A stretch of DNA of 64,000 bases from Lama glama (Eukaryota). The stretch is taken from contig CM052816.1 of the NCBI GenBank assembly GCA_028534125.1, positions 25,732,001 to 25,796,000 on the forward strand. Reading direction: 5' to 3'. The position numbers and the translations under genes were made by a program. The notes under the pieces were generated by a model, which was given only the letters and a program-made list of their open reading frames with translations, was not told the origin of the DNA and did no database searches. This document shows positions 12,692-24,665 of this stretch, piece after piece. Numbering within the stretch: the stretch's first letter is position 1; the number at the start of each line of letters is the position of its first letter.

Positions 12692-13282
12692 CGTGGTTGC
12701 TAACCTGGCCAAGGAATAGAATCATCTGGGAAGCTTATTAAATACACACCTGCCAGAGATACTGACTCAGTAGGTATGAGATGAGGACTGGACATCTATG
12801 TATTTTTTAATCCTGGATGAGAGGGAGTTGGAGACTGGAAGCCTGAAGACTGGGATGGGAAGGAGCATTATTTCACTGTGTGTTTCTTTTTCTGTGCTCT
12901 TTAACCCTTTGTTTAAGATTTCGCATATATGGTTAATCTTTTTTTCTTTCTTTATTGAAGTATAGTTGTTTTACGAAGTAGTGTTAGTTTCAGGTATACG
13001 GCATAGGGACTCAGTTATACATATATGTGTAATATGTATTATTTTTCATGCTCTTTTCCATTATGGGCCGTTACAAGGTATTGAATATAGTTTCCTGTGC
13101 TCTCCATTAGGACCTTGTTGTTTATCTGTTTCACACATCGTACGCTGTGTACTTTTTTGCGTGGTTTGCATTTTTTTTATCATGTGTACATTATTCTATA
13201 TTACTCTCTTCCTTTCCCTTCCCTTCTCTGTCTTCTTTTAGGGCCCTGATGTTTCTGATGTGTAGCCAGGGCTGAGAACTCT
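12692..13282. mobile_element. MER5-like MITE split by L1 fragments
   Basis: GTGGTTGCTAACCTGG...GAATCATCTGGGAAGCTT...TGACTCAGTAGGT at the left, and TTCTGATGTGTAGCCAGGGCTGAGAAC at the right (about 13245-13282). Confidence 0.55.
12938..13135 (-). mobile_element. Lineage-specific L1 3' end
   Basis: TTTATTGAAGTATAGTTG...TTAGTTTCAGGTATAC...ATTGAATATAGTTTCCTGTGCT...AGGACCTTGTTGTTTATC. Confidence 0.8.
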
Positions 13283-13707
13283 TCATCTATGTGCTTAAAT
13301 AGCAAACTTAGGATTGGATACTCTGGAGGCCAAAAGTATTTAGAACATTTTTTCAGAGTCACAGTGTAGTCACTGCCTCGTTAACAAGAACCCTGAGGCC
13401 AACAAGGGAAGGGGGTCCGTGCTGATGCCTGACTCCTGGCCTTGGACTCACTTCTTTTCCGGTTTCTGCAATGACCACAGAGTCTCAAGTACACCCCACT
13501 TCTTGAAATGGAGACTGTAGATGACCAGAGAGTTTTGTTGACAGACTCAGAAAGGGAGAATTCTACAGGAAGTTGTTCAGCTTCCTTTTGAAAAAGTAAG
13601 CAGAGGCACCACGTGTAAGCAGAGGCCACAGACACAGATGTCTCAGTGACAGAGACCACAGTAAAATGATGCTGTTTCTTTCTTTTCTTTTCCACATCAT
13701 CCTGTAT

Positions 13708-13765
13708 ACTTTATTGAAGTACAATCAGTTTACAATTTTGTGTCAGTTTCTGGTGTACAGATACT
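13708..13765 (-). mobile_element. Very short L1 3' end
   Basis: TTTATTGAAGTACAATCAGTTTACAATTTTGTGTCAGTTTCTGGTGTACAG. Confidence 0.75.
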
Positions 13766-16700
13766 GTTTATTTTAAGATCTCATTGTAGGTGTTTTTTTC
13801 CAGAGTCTCTTCTAAGTGACCAGAGGCACTGCTTCTCTTTGAATTACAACCCCAGAAGTAAGAATCGCTAAGTGGATGTGTTATAAAGCCTTTCTCACTA
13901 GCAGTTTGAAGAGATTAGAAGGTAGATGGAGAGAGATGTGTTTAGGAATCATTAAAATGGTAGACATTGTTTTCAGAAAGGGACAGCCTTTGTTCACTCT
14001 TTTGTAGTTAGTTATGGTCTGATGAAAATCAACCACAAAGGCAATTCAGCCTAATAGTCATTTTCACAAGAATGGACCAGACCACTTGTGGACACAGTAA
14101 TTACTCTCTCATACAGGATATTTTTTAACCGGCATATAAATTGTCTGGCAAATTTTGAGGTACGTTAGATGTGGGAAATCATTCTTTCTATAAGGTCAAA
14201 GTCATAGCTTGTCCTTAACAACCAACCAAAAACCGTTTAGGTGCACAGTATCCCTCCATCCCTCTCTGTATTTACACTGCATTTTCTTTCACAAGGGCTT
14301 CCTCTCCTTATCACCCCTGTGTAGACATTCCTCATCAGCCCAACTTTAGAGGAAAGAGCTTGTCTGTTTGCAAGATACAAATGTCAGGTAATTCTTGAGT
14401 AGGAGAGTCCAGATGTCTCACCCCTAAAATTTGTGCAGTACAGTGAGTGACTCAGTCTGAGGAAATGTTGATCTGAGCATTTGGCACCAAATTTCCTACA
14501 GTTCCCTTAAAGTGGCCTAGCCTTGGCCTGGACTTGGGGCCTGGGGGTTCATCCAAGATGGACAAAGGATCCAGGTTAGCTCCAGGAACTAAGAAAAAGA
14601 TAGTTGAAGAAGGGATACCCACATTTTCCTAAAGCCATTTTCCCCATGAAGCACCAATAGGAAGAAAGCCAAATTTCGTTTTCTAATTTTTTCTGTTCCC
14701 ATCCATCCAGCTGGGCCTTAAATTTCTCAGTATACCAAATATGATTATTTTTATGAGCTAACCGAGTTCTTCAGAGTACATTCTTCTTATTAATTGAATT
14801 TGGTATTAAGTATTTTACAGTACTTTAAAAATTAAAGAGTTTTTTTTTCTTTAGTCCAAAGAAGAGGGTAGAAAACTAACTAGTTCCTATTGTGATTCAG
14901 ATACATGTTGGATTTTTATATTATCTCATTTCATTCTTGTAACCATCCTGCAAATTAGTTACATTGTATTATTCAATATTAATGCCCAGATAGGACCTGC
15001 TGCATGTCTTCTCTGTTCTCAGGACCCTTGCAGGTGCTGGGGACTTTGTGATCCCTCCAAGAGCAGTCTGGTGGGCAGGACAGCATAGAATGGTCATTAC
15101 AACACAAACAGAAAGGTGCCACAACAGATACATGAACAGAAGACTGCAGGAGCATGCCTTTTGAAAAGGTAAATCTCTTTTATGCATGCACCAGTCAAAA
15201 CGGTAGTCTTCACCCCATAACAAATTCCCAGGTAGTTGGAAAGGACTCCAATATTTTGATACAATCAACTTACTAAAAAACAGAAAAGTAATTAACTAGG
15301 AATATAAGCTGCTTTTGTTTTCTTTTAGGGAACATTGGAAAGGTTTCTGAATCAATCTCTCTCTCTTTTTTTTTCTAATGAAGTAACTTAAAATGTTCTC
15401 AAGAGACTTCGTTTATTCATTCATACTCCTGTGTTATTTTTTAAATAATTTAACATAGCTTACCAAAATGCATACAACAGCACAGGGTACATGAAAATAC
15501 TCAGTACCAAAGTGATTCTCTCTGTCAGTTTCCTCTTAGTAGCCACTTCCTGTTCCCCACAAAGACCCATTTCCTTCTTTCTGGATTCAGTTCTGTTTTA
15601 GGTCACTGTAGCTATCCTGGCAAGCTTGGGTTTCCTCTGGAACTGATTCAGGGCCTCACATAGGTCCCAGACTGCCTGACCTGTCTCCCCGTGGGGTCTG
15701 TGTCGCCTCTTCCACCGGCACAATTAAGTCTCCAAACTACTTAGACAGGAACTTCTGTCCCAAACAGATCTGTTTATCAGAGAGCTGTTGGATTGCATGT
15801 ACAGAAGCCTCAACAAACAGGATATTCCATCTCAAATTTATGGCCCCTTGGCATACACAAGAAGGCTTCCCAAGGAAGCTGTGACTCTTAAGACTGCCAG
15901 ACTCCATCATCCACCACGTTGCCAAAGGGAACAGGCTTGGCATCCGCTTAACTGGCACTTCCTGGTTAAAGTACGACAATGAGTGCCTTTTTTGACTTTG
16001 TGCAGCTTTTGGGTTATTAATTTCAGGTTGGGAAATCATTAGTATTCTTAATTTAAAGAGGAAATCTTTGGACAAGAGTCTGCAGCTATACATCAATAAT
16101 AAAGATTTTTCTCTGAATTATGATGTTTCTACCTGCCTCTGAGATTGGATTTTTTTCCCCCTTTTCGTTTCTAAGCCTTGAAATTTGCCTTAACATACTG
16201 ACTCTGTCAGGTTCCTGTGGTGAATTGATAATGAAATTAGGAGAGACAGGGTCCATTGACTTAGAAGACCTGGGCCATTAGTTAAGTCTTCTCTCTGTTT
16301 CTGCAACTGGCTTGACACCCACTTAGTCACCTTGGTTTTGGCACTTGCCTCCGACACTGACACTTAAGAGAGCAGAGCTCAGAATGGAGATGAGGAGGGA
16401 GCATGGTAAATAGATGCTATAAAAAAAGAGGTGAAAATCAATACTTCCATTAACATCTAGAAGCAGACTCTTCAAAGGACATTTATATGTTTAACTGACA
16501 GTAATGTGCCAAGAAGACTAGTTCCTTTAAGGACCACAAATTATGTAACTATCACTGTGATATTATTTCGTTTTCTCTTTATTTTGACAAGAGATTTCAC
16601 CAATAGAATTTAAAACTAAAAACAAAACAAAAAACCCCAAGCAAACCAAAAAGCTCTGCCTGGGAAAAATATTGAAATAAAGATTACATTTTTCAAGAAT

Positions 16701-17599
16701 GTAGCTACAATAAAAATTCCAGTTACATACATCAAAGTTACTAGTAATGTGCCATAAAATAGATATTTTCTTGAAGCTTATCATAATAGGATTGATCTGT
16801 ACCTGTATCTCCTTTATAAGACCATTGGTTTTGTAATATGTATATTAGCAGTGAATGGTTAATTTTCTGCTTTTGTGTTATTGTATTATCCTCTCATCCT
16901 CAAGTCTAGATTTAATTCCTGGCTTCTGCATTCCCTGTGACTTAGAGAAGACAGTCAACTCTTAAAATGTGTTTTAATTTCCACACGTGTAAAAATGGTG
17001 TTGGGAGGAATAGAGAATGGGTGTATGTAAGTACCTAACACTGTGCCTGGCACACAATAGAGTTTCAGTAGCTCTTACCCCTCCACCTCCCCCCTCTACT
17101 TAGTGTTCCATTTCCCTCATGTTAGTCCTCCTACCTCCTCTGCTTTACCATCTCCACTCTACACCTTCAGAGGGAACAGCTCTGGACAAAGGATGATAGT
17201 ATTCAGTGACTTTGAATTAGGGATTGAGCTGGTGGCCTTCCCTCCAGTGAAGGAGGCTGGGTATCTCTCCCGAGGCTGCCACCACTTCTACTCCCCTTTC
17301 TTCCTTTCCTCATGCCTGTGCACAGGAGCCAGAGTTTGGTAGGCTCACCCGTCCTCATAGACAGCGTGGGGCTTGGGGCGTTTCTCTTTCTGAGGACAGA
17401 GGTATTCAACCCAGCAGATCAAGAGATGTAGCTTGTCAGCTTGGATTTGAAGGACACAGTTACTCTAAACTTGATTCTGATCTTCAAGATAGGGCAGGTT
17501 TAGAACAAAGTGCTGAGAACCTTGGGAGAAAACAAGAGCAAAAGACAGGAATGTTAATCAGTATCTCACATGCATCCTAGACTATGGAAAACACATTTC

Positions 17600-18350
17600 A
17601 GAAATTTCAAAGAAAATATAGGAGGATTTTCTGAAAGGGTATAGCTAGGTCCAGAAGGAGTAGAAAATGAAATTCTAACTACATAATAAAAAATAAGCCA
17701 AATATGGAAGAAAAACTGAAGAAATCAATATGGTTGCCCAGAGAACTCTCCTTTGAGCTCAGATTTTTAAAAGCATGTTTGAAAGATCAAAGACCTTGTA
17801 GGCAAGAACAAAAGCCATGCCACAGCACAAACCTAGAAGAATAGTGTCATAAAGACTAAAGTGAAAAATAAGCTCAGTTTTGCTCAGGAAAAAAAGGATA
17901 ACAAAGAAAAATGACATTTACCAATGTGTACGGAGCAAGAAGAACTAGGAACTGTTAGTCACATTTCTAAGAAATTATGATGTAATGTTAACAAGACAAA
18001 GAGAAAATAGAATTACTCGGCTCCGATTTTGCTCTGTCTTCTATACCAGAAGAATGACCTTCAGACTAAAAATGTAAAGATGCCTGGCAGATGTACCTGA
18101 GGACTGAAAATAAAACATGATAAAACGCAAAGCAAGGAGTCCCTGGATGATTTTCCATGGGGGAACGCAGCTGTGTCAAGGATCACAAAGGTAGCATCAG
18201 CCAGAAGCTGGACCACTCCTGCAATGGCCTCTCCGAAAGATGAGAAGGACTGAAGGGAGGCATTGCAGAGCGTCAGAGAAAGGTCTGATGGAGGGAGGCT
18301 GAGGAGGTAGAATTGATGAAATAACCCACTGCATTTCAGGAAAGATGTGG
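17600..18350 (+). mobile_element. L3/CR1 LINE ORF2 remnant
   Basis: CGGAGCAAGAAGAAC...GATGTAATGTTAACAAGACAAAGAGAAAATAGAATTACTC...ATTTTGCTCTGTCTTCT...AGAATGACCTTCAGACT resembles mammalian L3 ORF2. Further scraps extend to about 19130. Confidence 0.6.
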
Positions 18351-19231
18351 ACGTGCTGTTTGAAGTGAGCACAGAGAAGGAAAGGATTTCATCTGTGGAA
18401 ACAAAGCAGACAGGATGAGGGGAGTAGAGACTGTGGGTGGAGAACAATCACATGAACCTAGTGGTGGAGGCAAAAAGTTGGCATGTGTTTAAGACAGGAA
18501 GAATCCAGGTTTGCCAGAATCTTAGGTAACGTTCAGGGAAATAGCTGGGTATACAGGAGACATGGAGGAAAGGATACAGTCTAGGCGCAAAGGGTTTATT
18601 ACCTATCAGAAGTTCAAAATGAGGGCTCCGTACCTGCTGAGGAGCTGCGGGTGAATTTGAAAAAAAAAAAAAAGAGCTATTCATATACCTCGTCCTGTGG
18701 ACACCATGTAATTAGAATATGTAGCTCAAACCTAATGGAATCAGAGGTCTGTGAATTTCTTTGTGTTTTTGTGTGAGATTGACAGGTTAACAGTAAGACT
18801 GTTGAAAATGGACAGTACCACTCCTATTAAAGAAGGTATCTGGGTTATTTTGAATTGCAGGATGCTAATGTGAACAGAGAAAGCTTCCTGGTCCCACCAG
18901 AGCTTACGATAAGGCTTCCTCAGGTAGACCAGGGGTCCAGGAAGGCCTCTCTAAGAATGTGGCTTGGGCTGAGAGCTTGCAGATAAGTGGAAACTAGCCT
19001 GAAGAAGTACTGCGCACACTGGGAGGATTAAGACTTTAGTCAGATCTGGGTGCCTCACTTTAAAGAGAAATGTTGCTGAAGTTCTGTCGTATGGGGAACC
19101 GGAGATGGCTAGCCAGGAGTCACTGACTTAGAAGGAAAGCTGTTTTATCAATTCTCTCTTGCCTCGAGGAAGAATCTGATCCAATCCTTAGGTGATCCAG
19201 CATCAAGGTCAAGCTCAGAGGCTCCAGACCC

Positions 19232-19415
19232 AGATATCTAGATTTGATTCCTGGCTCTGCCATGAATTACATTACTTCCTATGTATAATAACAGAAGCAA
19301 CAACAGTAATACATACGGCACAGGACTGTTGGGAGGATTAAATAAATAAATACCGGTCGTGTCTAAAACAGTGCCTGGAACACAGCAGTCATTTAATACA
19401 TGTTGGCTATTATTA
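19232..19415 (+). mobile_element. MIR fragment
   Basis: GATTTGATTCCTGGCTCTGCCA...GGACTGTTGGGAGGATTAAAT...AAACAGTGCCTGGAACACAG...TAATACATGTTGGCTATTATT. Confidence 0.7.
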
Positions 19416-19899
19416 TTGCAAAACAGATGGGTATGTATCATTTTGTAATGGAATGTTTTAGTTATCCAAGTTGTTGTGCAATATTTGAAAAAAAAAAGAA
19501 CCTAAAATGTTTAGCCAGGGATGAGATGCTCATTGGAAGAAACCAGGAGGAGCTGACACCTGCCTTGAGTGGGCAGATAAATTATATGACACCCAGTCTT
19601 TTTGACTTTGAGATTCCACAATTTCATGTGCAAGAATTGGTCTTCATTTCAACTAATAAATGTGTTACTGGTAGCAAATTATTAAGTATCCTGTGGCACT
19701 TTCCTTGTTGGAACCAAATATCTGTTCTTTAGATTCATAAGACCCTAAGTCTTCAGTTAGGACATAGCTGTGTGTTTCAATTTGTGATGAGTCAAATCTC
19801 TGAGAAAACTATGTATTCAGTCTATAAGATGGAAACAGAGAACATGGAATTTTTAATACGCTTTCATTCCGAAATGTAAAATCAGGGACTTTTAACTTA

Positions 19900-20760
19900 T
19901 TGTCATATTGCCACAACCATCTTGTAAATGCTTCTTGATTGTTAGTAAAATGATGATACTTTATCATCAATCAGCAATGAGCAATAAGGGTCAGTTAAGA
20001 CATACAGATTTTTTTTTTTATCCTTTCAAGGGTTTTCCTCAAAATTCTCTATCTCAGTGAGAGCACTGATAATCTGTGAATTATCTGCACTCTCAAAATG
20101 CAGAGAAGAATCCAAAAAGATTTAGAAGAAAACATTGGCCCATTTTACTGCGAATTCAGCCAGGCTGATTTGCTCAATGGTAATAGAGGAACAGCAACTA
20201 CGCTAAACACCAGAATGGTCAGTGCAATTAATGCAATTAAAGTAATTAGTCCTGGCAGCTGTAAGGTCAAATAGAGGTAGCTTTGTAACAACAATCTGCC
20301 ACTGCAAAATTACTGACATTTCCAACTAAATTATATTCTCTAAATTGTTGCCTTAATGCTAAATAAATAAAGTTATGCTAATGTAGGGACTGATTACAGA
20401 TTGAAATTAGCACAATTGCTTGTTATACAGTCTGCTAGGGTTAACATTTTTAAAAAACATAATTAATAGCCTTTGCTTACTGTCTCTGGTTATAGATCCT
20501 GCAGCTCATTTGCATTCTTTTGCAAAATGCTGACAGTGCTAAATGTCTAAGAAGAAAGATCTCATCTGGAGGTGGAAAATGCATTTTGCACATCATCAAG
20601 CTAAAACTTGTTATGGTTTCAGGCCAGCCTTCATAACAGAGATGACCAGAAAGAGAATGGATCAGAACGAAGCTAGAATCCGTTTTTCTTTTCAGCCTGG
20701 TGATCCAAGCCTTTTCTGGAGTCAATGTGAAATGTAATTGCTCTTTTGACCTCTATCTTC
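19900..20760. promoter_or_regulatory. Repeat-free, motif-dense candidate enhancer
   Basis: Tandem TGCAATTAA twice (20223-20240), TAATTA (20243), E-box CAGCTG (20256), AAGGTCA (20263) and octamer ATTTGCAT (20508-20515). No recognisable transposon sequence. Confidence 0.45.
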
Positions 20761-20989
20761 TCTCTCCCCAGGTCTGAGGAAGAGCTACACTGGTTGATTA
20801 TTGCAAGAATGAAAGACACTCTGACCTTGTGGACCGAACGCCTTGCGGCTTTCAATGTTGCCCATTACACTGAAGGCAGGCAACTCCTAGAGAGAGGCAG
20901 AATCGACAGGAGAGCTGCTCACTGGGCAACCTGCCAGAAAAGGCTTCAGCAGCAGCAGTTTAGACACCGCCGAACAGCTCAGGCAGCAA

Positions 20990-21075
20990 AGGAAACAGCT
21001 GGGGAAGGGGGGTGGGGGTGGGGGCGAGGCAAAGACAGAGTATATAAAAATATTGTTAGCACACAGTTTAAAGAG
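20990..21075 (+). promoter_or_regulatory. Candidate TATA-box core promoter
   Basis: E-box CAGCTG at about 20996, G-rich/GC-box tract 21001-21029, TATATAAAAA at 21041-21050, and a donor site about 140 nt downstream. Confidence 0.55.
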
Positions 21076-21185
21076 CTCCCGGGCATCCGTGCTATACAGC
21101 GCCTTTGCTAATCCTGCCCCTCATCATCTGCCTGAACTGAAAACCGACCTGGGAAAGAAAGCTGAAGAAGGAAGCAGCAACCAAC
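21070..21185 (+). other. Candidate non-coding first exon (or the 3' part of an internal exon starting at 20772)
   Basis: Contains no ATG and ends at AAC|GTAAGT (GT at 21186), a consensus 5' splice site. The start is inferred from TATA spacing. Confidence 0.5.
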
Positions 21186-22963
21186 GTAAGTGCAGCTTCT
21201 GATTTCCTAAAATAGGCCGACACTCACCCAAAAGACCTTATGATCATCCTCCCACGTAAATAGGAGTGCAGTGTGAGTTTCCAGCAAAAAGTAGGTCAGG
21301 ATATGGCGTTCCGATAATTGTTCTAGACTCTAAATGATTCACTACAAACCTGGTGGGATTATTTTTGGAATTTATGATTCACATAAGGATTAGGGTGCCA
21401 CTCGGGCTGGAAGCAACACACTGGCTCCTTCTGGCTCTCCAGTTAAACCTGATTCGTTTAAAACCAGCTGTGGGTTCTTTGCATATCTGCTAGTTCTACT
21501 CAATGAAATTTTATCGAGCATTTAGCACGTGCTTAAGCCCTATGGGAGAATAACTGGCATGTGGCTCGTCCCTGTGCATTAGTGGGGCCATTTGGTTGAC
21601 CAGTCGGACACAGCAGGGGAGCTGTTTGCTTTGGTATTTCATTCCATCCATGGAGGGAGCAAGGCATGGTGTTGGATGTTCTAGATTCAAACTTTCATTT
21701 AAGTCTTACAGTAATCTTCAAGTTCATACCGTCATCCCCATTTTAGGAAGACATGATTTACTAGAGTTTTAAAAGGTTTTGTAGTCTGGAATTAGCCAGA
21801 CTGGGGTTCAAACTCAATTTTGTTACTACTCAAAATCTGCAGTCTTGAAAAAAAAATGTCCTTTTCCTGGGCTTTGGTTGACTTAGTTTCTATAGTGAAG
21901 GAGACTAGATGGACTTAAGACCTTTCCCAGCTCTGTGGTTCTATACGAAATATTGTTGAGGAACCACACATCCTAGATTTTCTGGAACACCCCAACTCCA
22001 AATATTATGGTCCATTATGCCTGTGAAATTATTTATGCCCATCAAATGCTGAATTTGGGCACCACAATCTCCCTATCTATACATAAAAAGAACTATCAGA
22101 AGTAGGGAGAGAATAATGAGTAAAGGCTGGGGAGAATAGTGTTAAAAGATACTTTTCAAAGAATGGCAAAATTGTGACCCTTGTACAGAGATAAAAATGA
22201 GTACATGTTAAAGATTTGATTCTACTCATTAATCAAAGAGGGAACCGACAGATGTTATAACCTGTTCAAGAGAGTCTAAAGAGACACATTTAAAGATCGG
22301 GAATATTGAAATGAGTACACAAATGGAACCAAACTGGTTTTTTTTCCAGAGGAGTGGAGGGAAATCAGTTGAACCTTTACCATACAGGGAAGCATTTGCA
22401 TGTCTATCAGTTACCTGTAACATACAAGTTGTAAAATAGCTCAAGGACAGTGAAGGCTAAAATCAGATAATGGGAAGGGTGTGCTGTGTGCAGACAATGC
22501 ATAGGTTCCCATGAAACAGTTTTTTTTCTGAAGGGAATATAGCTTGGAGTCGAACATGGCTTTCATTGTGGTTTCCGATTCTTCAATAGCTTTCAGGGGA
22601 AGGATCTCAGTGGGGGCTTGGGTGTGGACCAGGATCACCCGGGAAACTTTCAGATCAGAATCACCGCCTCAAGACTGCATCGAGGAGTCTAACGAATGTT
22701 CTAAACAATTAGAGGGTCTCTTCAACTGCTTTTTGAGGTTGAAATTATGATCGAAGGAGACCTGGAAATTCAGCTTTGTGCAGTATTTATAGGTGCAGTA
22801 TTTCTTCCTGATCCTTTTGTGACTTTTTTTTGATGTGGTTTAAGGGTCTTGAAACTGTTAAGAGTTCAGTTCACCAAGGGCTAAGGACTGCTGTGCACAC
22901 TGGAGGCACAGCAAAGTCAAAAGGAGAAAAGTGAGAATTAAAGAAATAAAAAGAGGGAAAAAG

Positions 22964-24665
22964 CTTTTTTGCAGTGGGTTTGCTGCCAGAACACAGGGGT
23001 CATAAAAAACCACTGCTAAATCTAAGGCAAAATGGGAAAGGAATAGTCTTATATCAACATGGTCATCATTGGACACGTAGATTTGGACAGGTCTACTACT
23101 GCTGGCCATCTGATCTACACATGTAGTGGACTGACAAAAGAACCATCAAAAAGTATGAGAAGGAGGCTGCTGAGTTGGGGAAGGGCTTCTTCAAGGAAGT
23201 CTAGGTCTTGGATAAACTGAAAACTGAAGGCTAGCATGGTATCACCGTTGTACATCTCTGCAGAAATTGGAGCCAGGCAAGTATTGTGTGTGCATCACTG
23301 ATGCCCCAGGGCACAAACACTTTATCAAAACCATGATTTCAGGCACATCTCAGGCTGACTGTGCTGTCCTGATTGTTGCTGCTGCTGTTGGTGAATCTGA
23401 AGCAGGGAACTCCAAGAACAGGCAGACCCCTGAGCATTCCCTCTGGCTTGCACGCTGAGTGTGAAAGAAGTAATGGTTGGTGTTAACAGAATGGATTCCA
23501 CTGAGTACTCTAGGGCCAGAAGTGATACAAGGAAATCATAAAGAAAGTCAGCACTTACATTAAGAAATTTGGCTCAAGCCCAACACAGTAGCATTTGTGT
23601 CAGTTTCCGGTTGGAACGGTTACAACTTGCTGGAGCCACGTGCTAACATGTCTTGGTTCCAGGAATGGAAAGTCACCTGTGAAGATGGCAATGCCAGTGG
23701 AGCTTGGGATCACATCCTGCCACCAACTCGTCCGACTCACAAGCCCTTGCCTCTGCCCCTCTAGGACACCTGCAAAATTGGTGATATTGGCACTGTCCCT
23801 GTGGGCCAAGGAGAGACTGGTGTTCTCAGCCTGAGTGTGATGGTCATCTTTGTTCCAGTCGATGTTACAAGCCTGCTGAAATGCTCCTTGAAACTTTGAG
23901 TGAAGCTCTTCCTAGGGACAGCGTGGGCTTTGATGTCAAGAATGTGTCTATCAAAGATGTTCGTCAGGACAGTGTGGTTGGTGGGATGGCAAAAAAATGA
24001 CCCACCAGTGGAAGCAGCTGGCTTTGTGGCTCAGGTTAACATCCTGGACCATCCAGGCTGCATCAGTGCTAGATACACTCCTGTGCTGAATTGTCACACG
24101 GCTCACATTGCTTGCAAGTTTGCTGAGCTGAAGGAGAAGCTTGATCCTTGTTCTGGGCGCAAATTCTTGAAATCTGATGAGGCTGTCTCGTTCATGACAG
24201 CCCACTTGTGTTGATGGCTTCTTTGACTCTCCTCCTCTGCCCTTTTGCTTTTGGTGAGACTTGAGACAATCTGGTTGCCACCAGTGTCATCAAAGCAATA
24301 GACAAGAAGGCGGCTGGAGGTAGCAAAGTCACCAACTCGGCCTAGAAAACTCAGAAAGCTAAATGAATATTATTCCTAGTACGTGCCTGCCTGCTCTTCA
24401 TCAGTGGTGGAGGAACAGCCTCAGAACTGTTGGTCTCAGTTGGCCATTTAAGTTTAATAATGAAAGACTGGTTAATGAGAATAATGCATTGTAAAACCTT
24501 CAGGAGGAAAGGAGGATGTTTTGTGAACCATTTATTTTGTGTGTGTGTGTGGCAGTTTTAAGTATTGGTATTTCAGATCAGTACTTTTTAATGGGAACAC
24601 CTTGACCAAAACTCTGTCACAGAATTTTGAGACTCATTAAAAGAAAGTTTATTGAGGAAAAAAAA
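22964..24665 (+). pseudogene. EEF1A1: Processed (retro-) pseudogene of eukaryotic translation elongation factor 1 alpha 1
   Basis: 5'UTR CTTTTTTGCAGTGGGTTTGCTGCCAGAACACAG joined without an intron to ATGGGAAAGGAA (ATG 23032). Recognisable peptides [28 protein letters not shown] and [15 protein letters not shown]. Terminal ...AAAGCTAAATGA (stop 24364-24366), EEF1A1-like 3'UTR with ATTAAA and a short A-tail. Intronless, with a premature TAG at codon 5 (23044-23046), frameshifts and deletions. Confidence 0.97.

Noticed and set aside
23267..24214. ORFs with EF-1alpha peptides as a functional gene
   Set aside because: They are fragments in different frames of an intronless copy with a stop at codon 5 and multiple indels, so this is a pseudogene.
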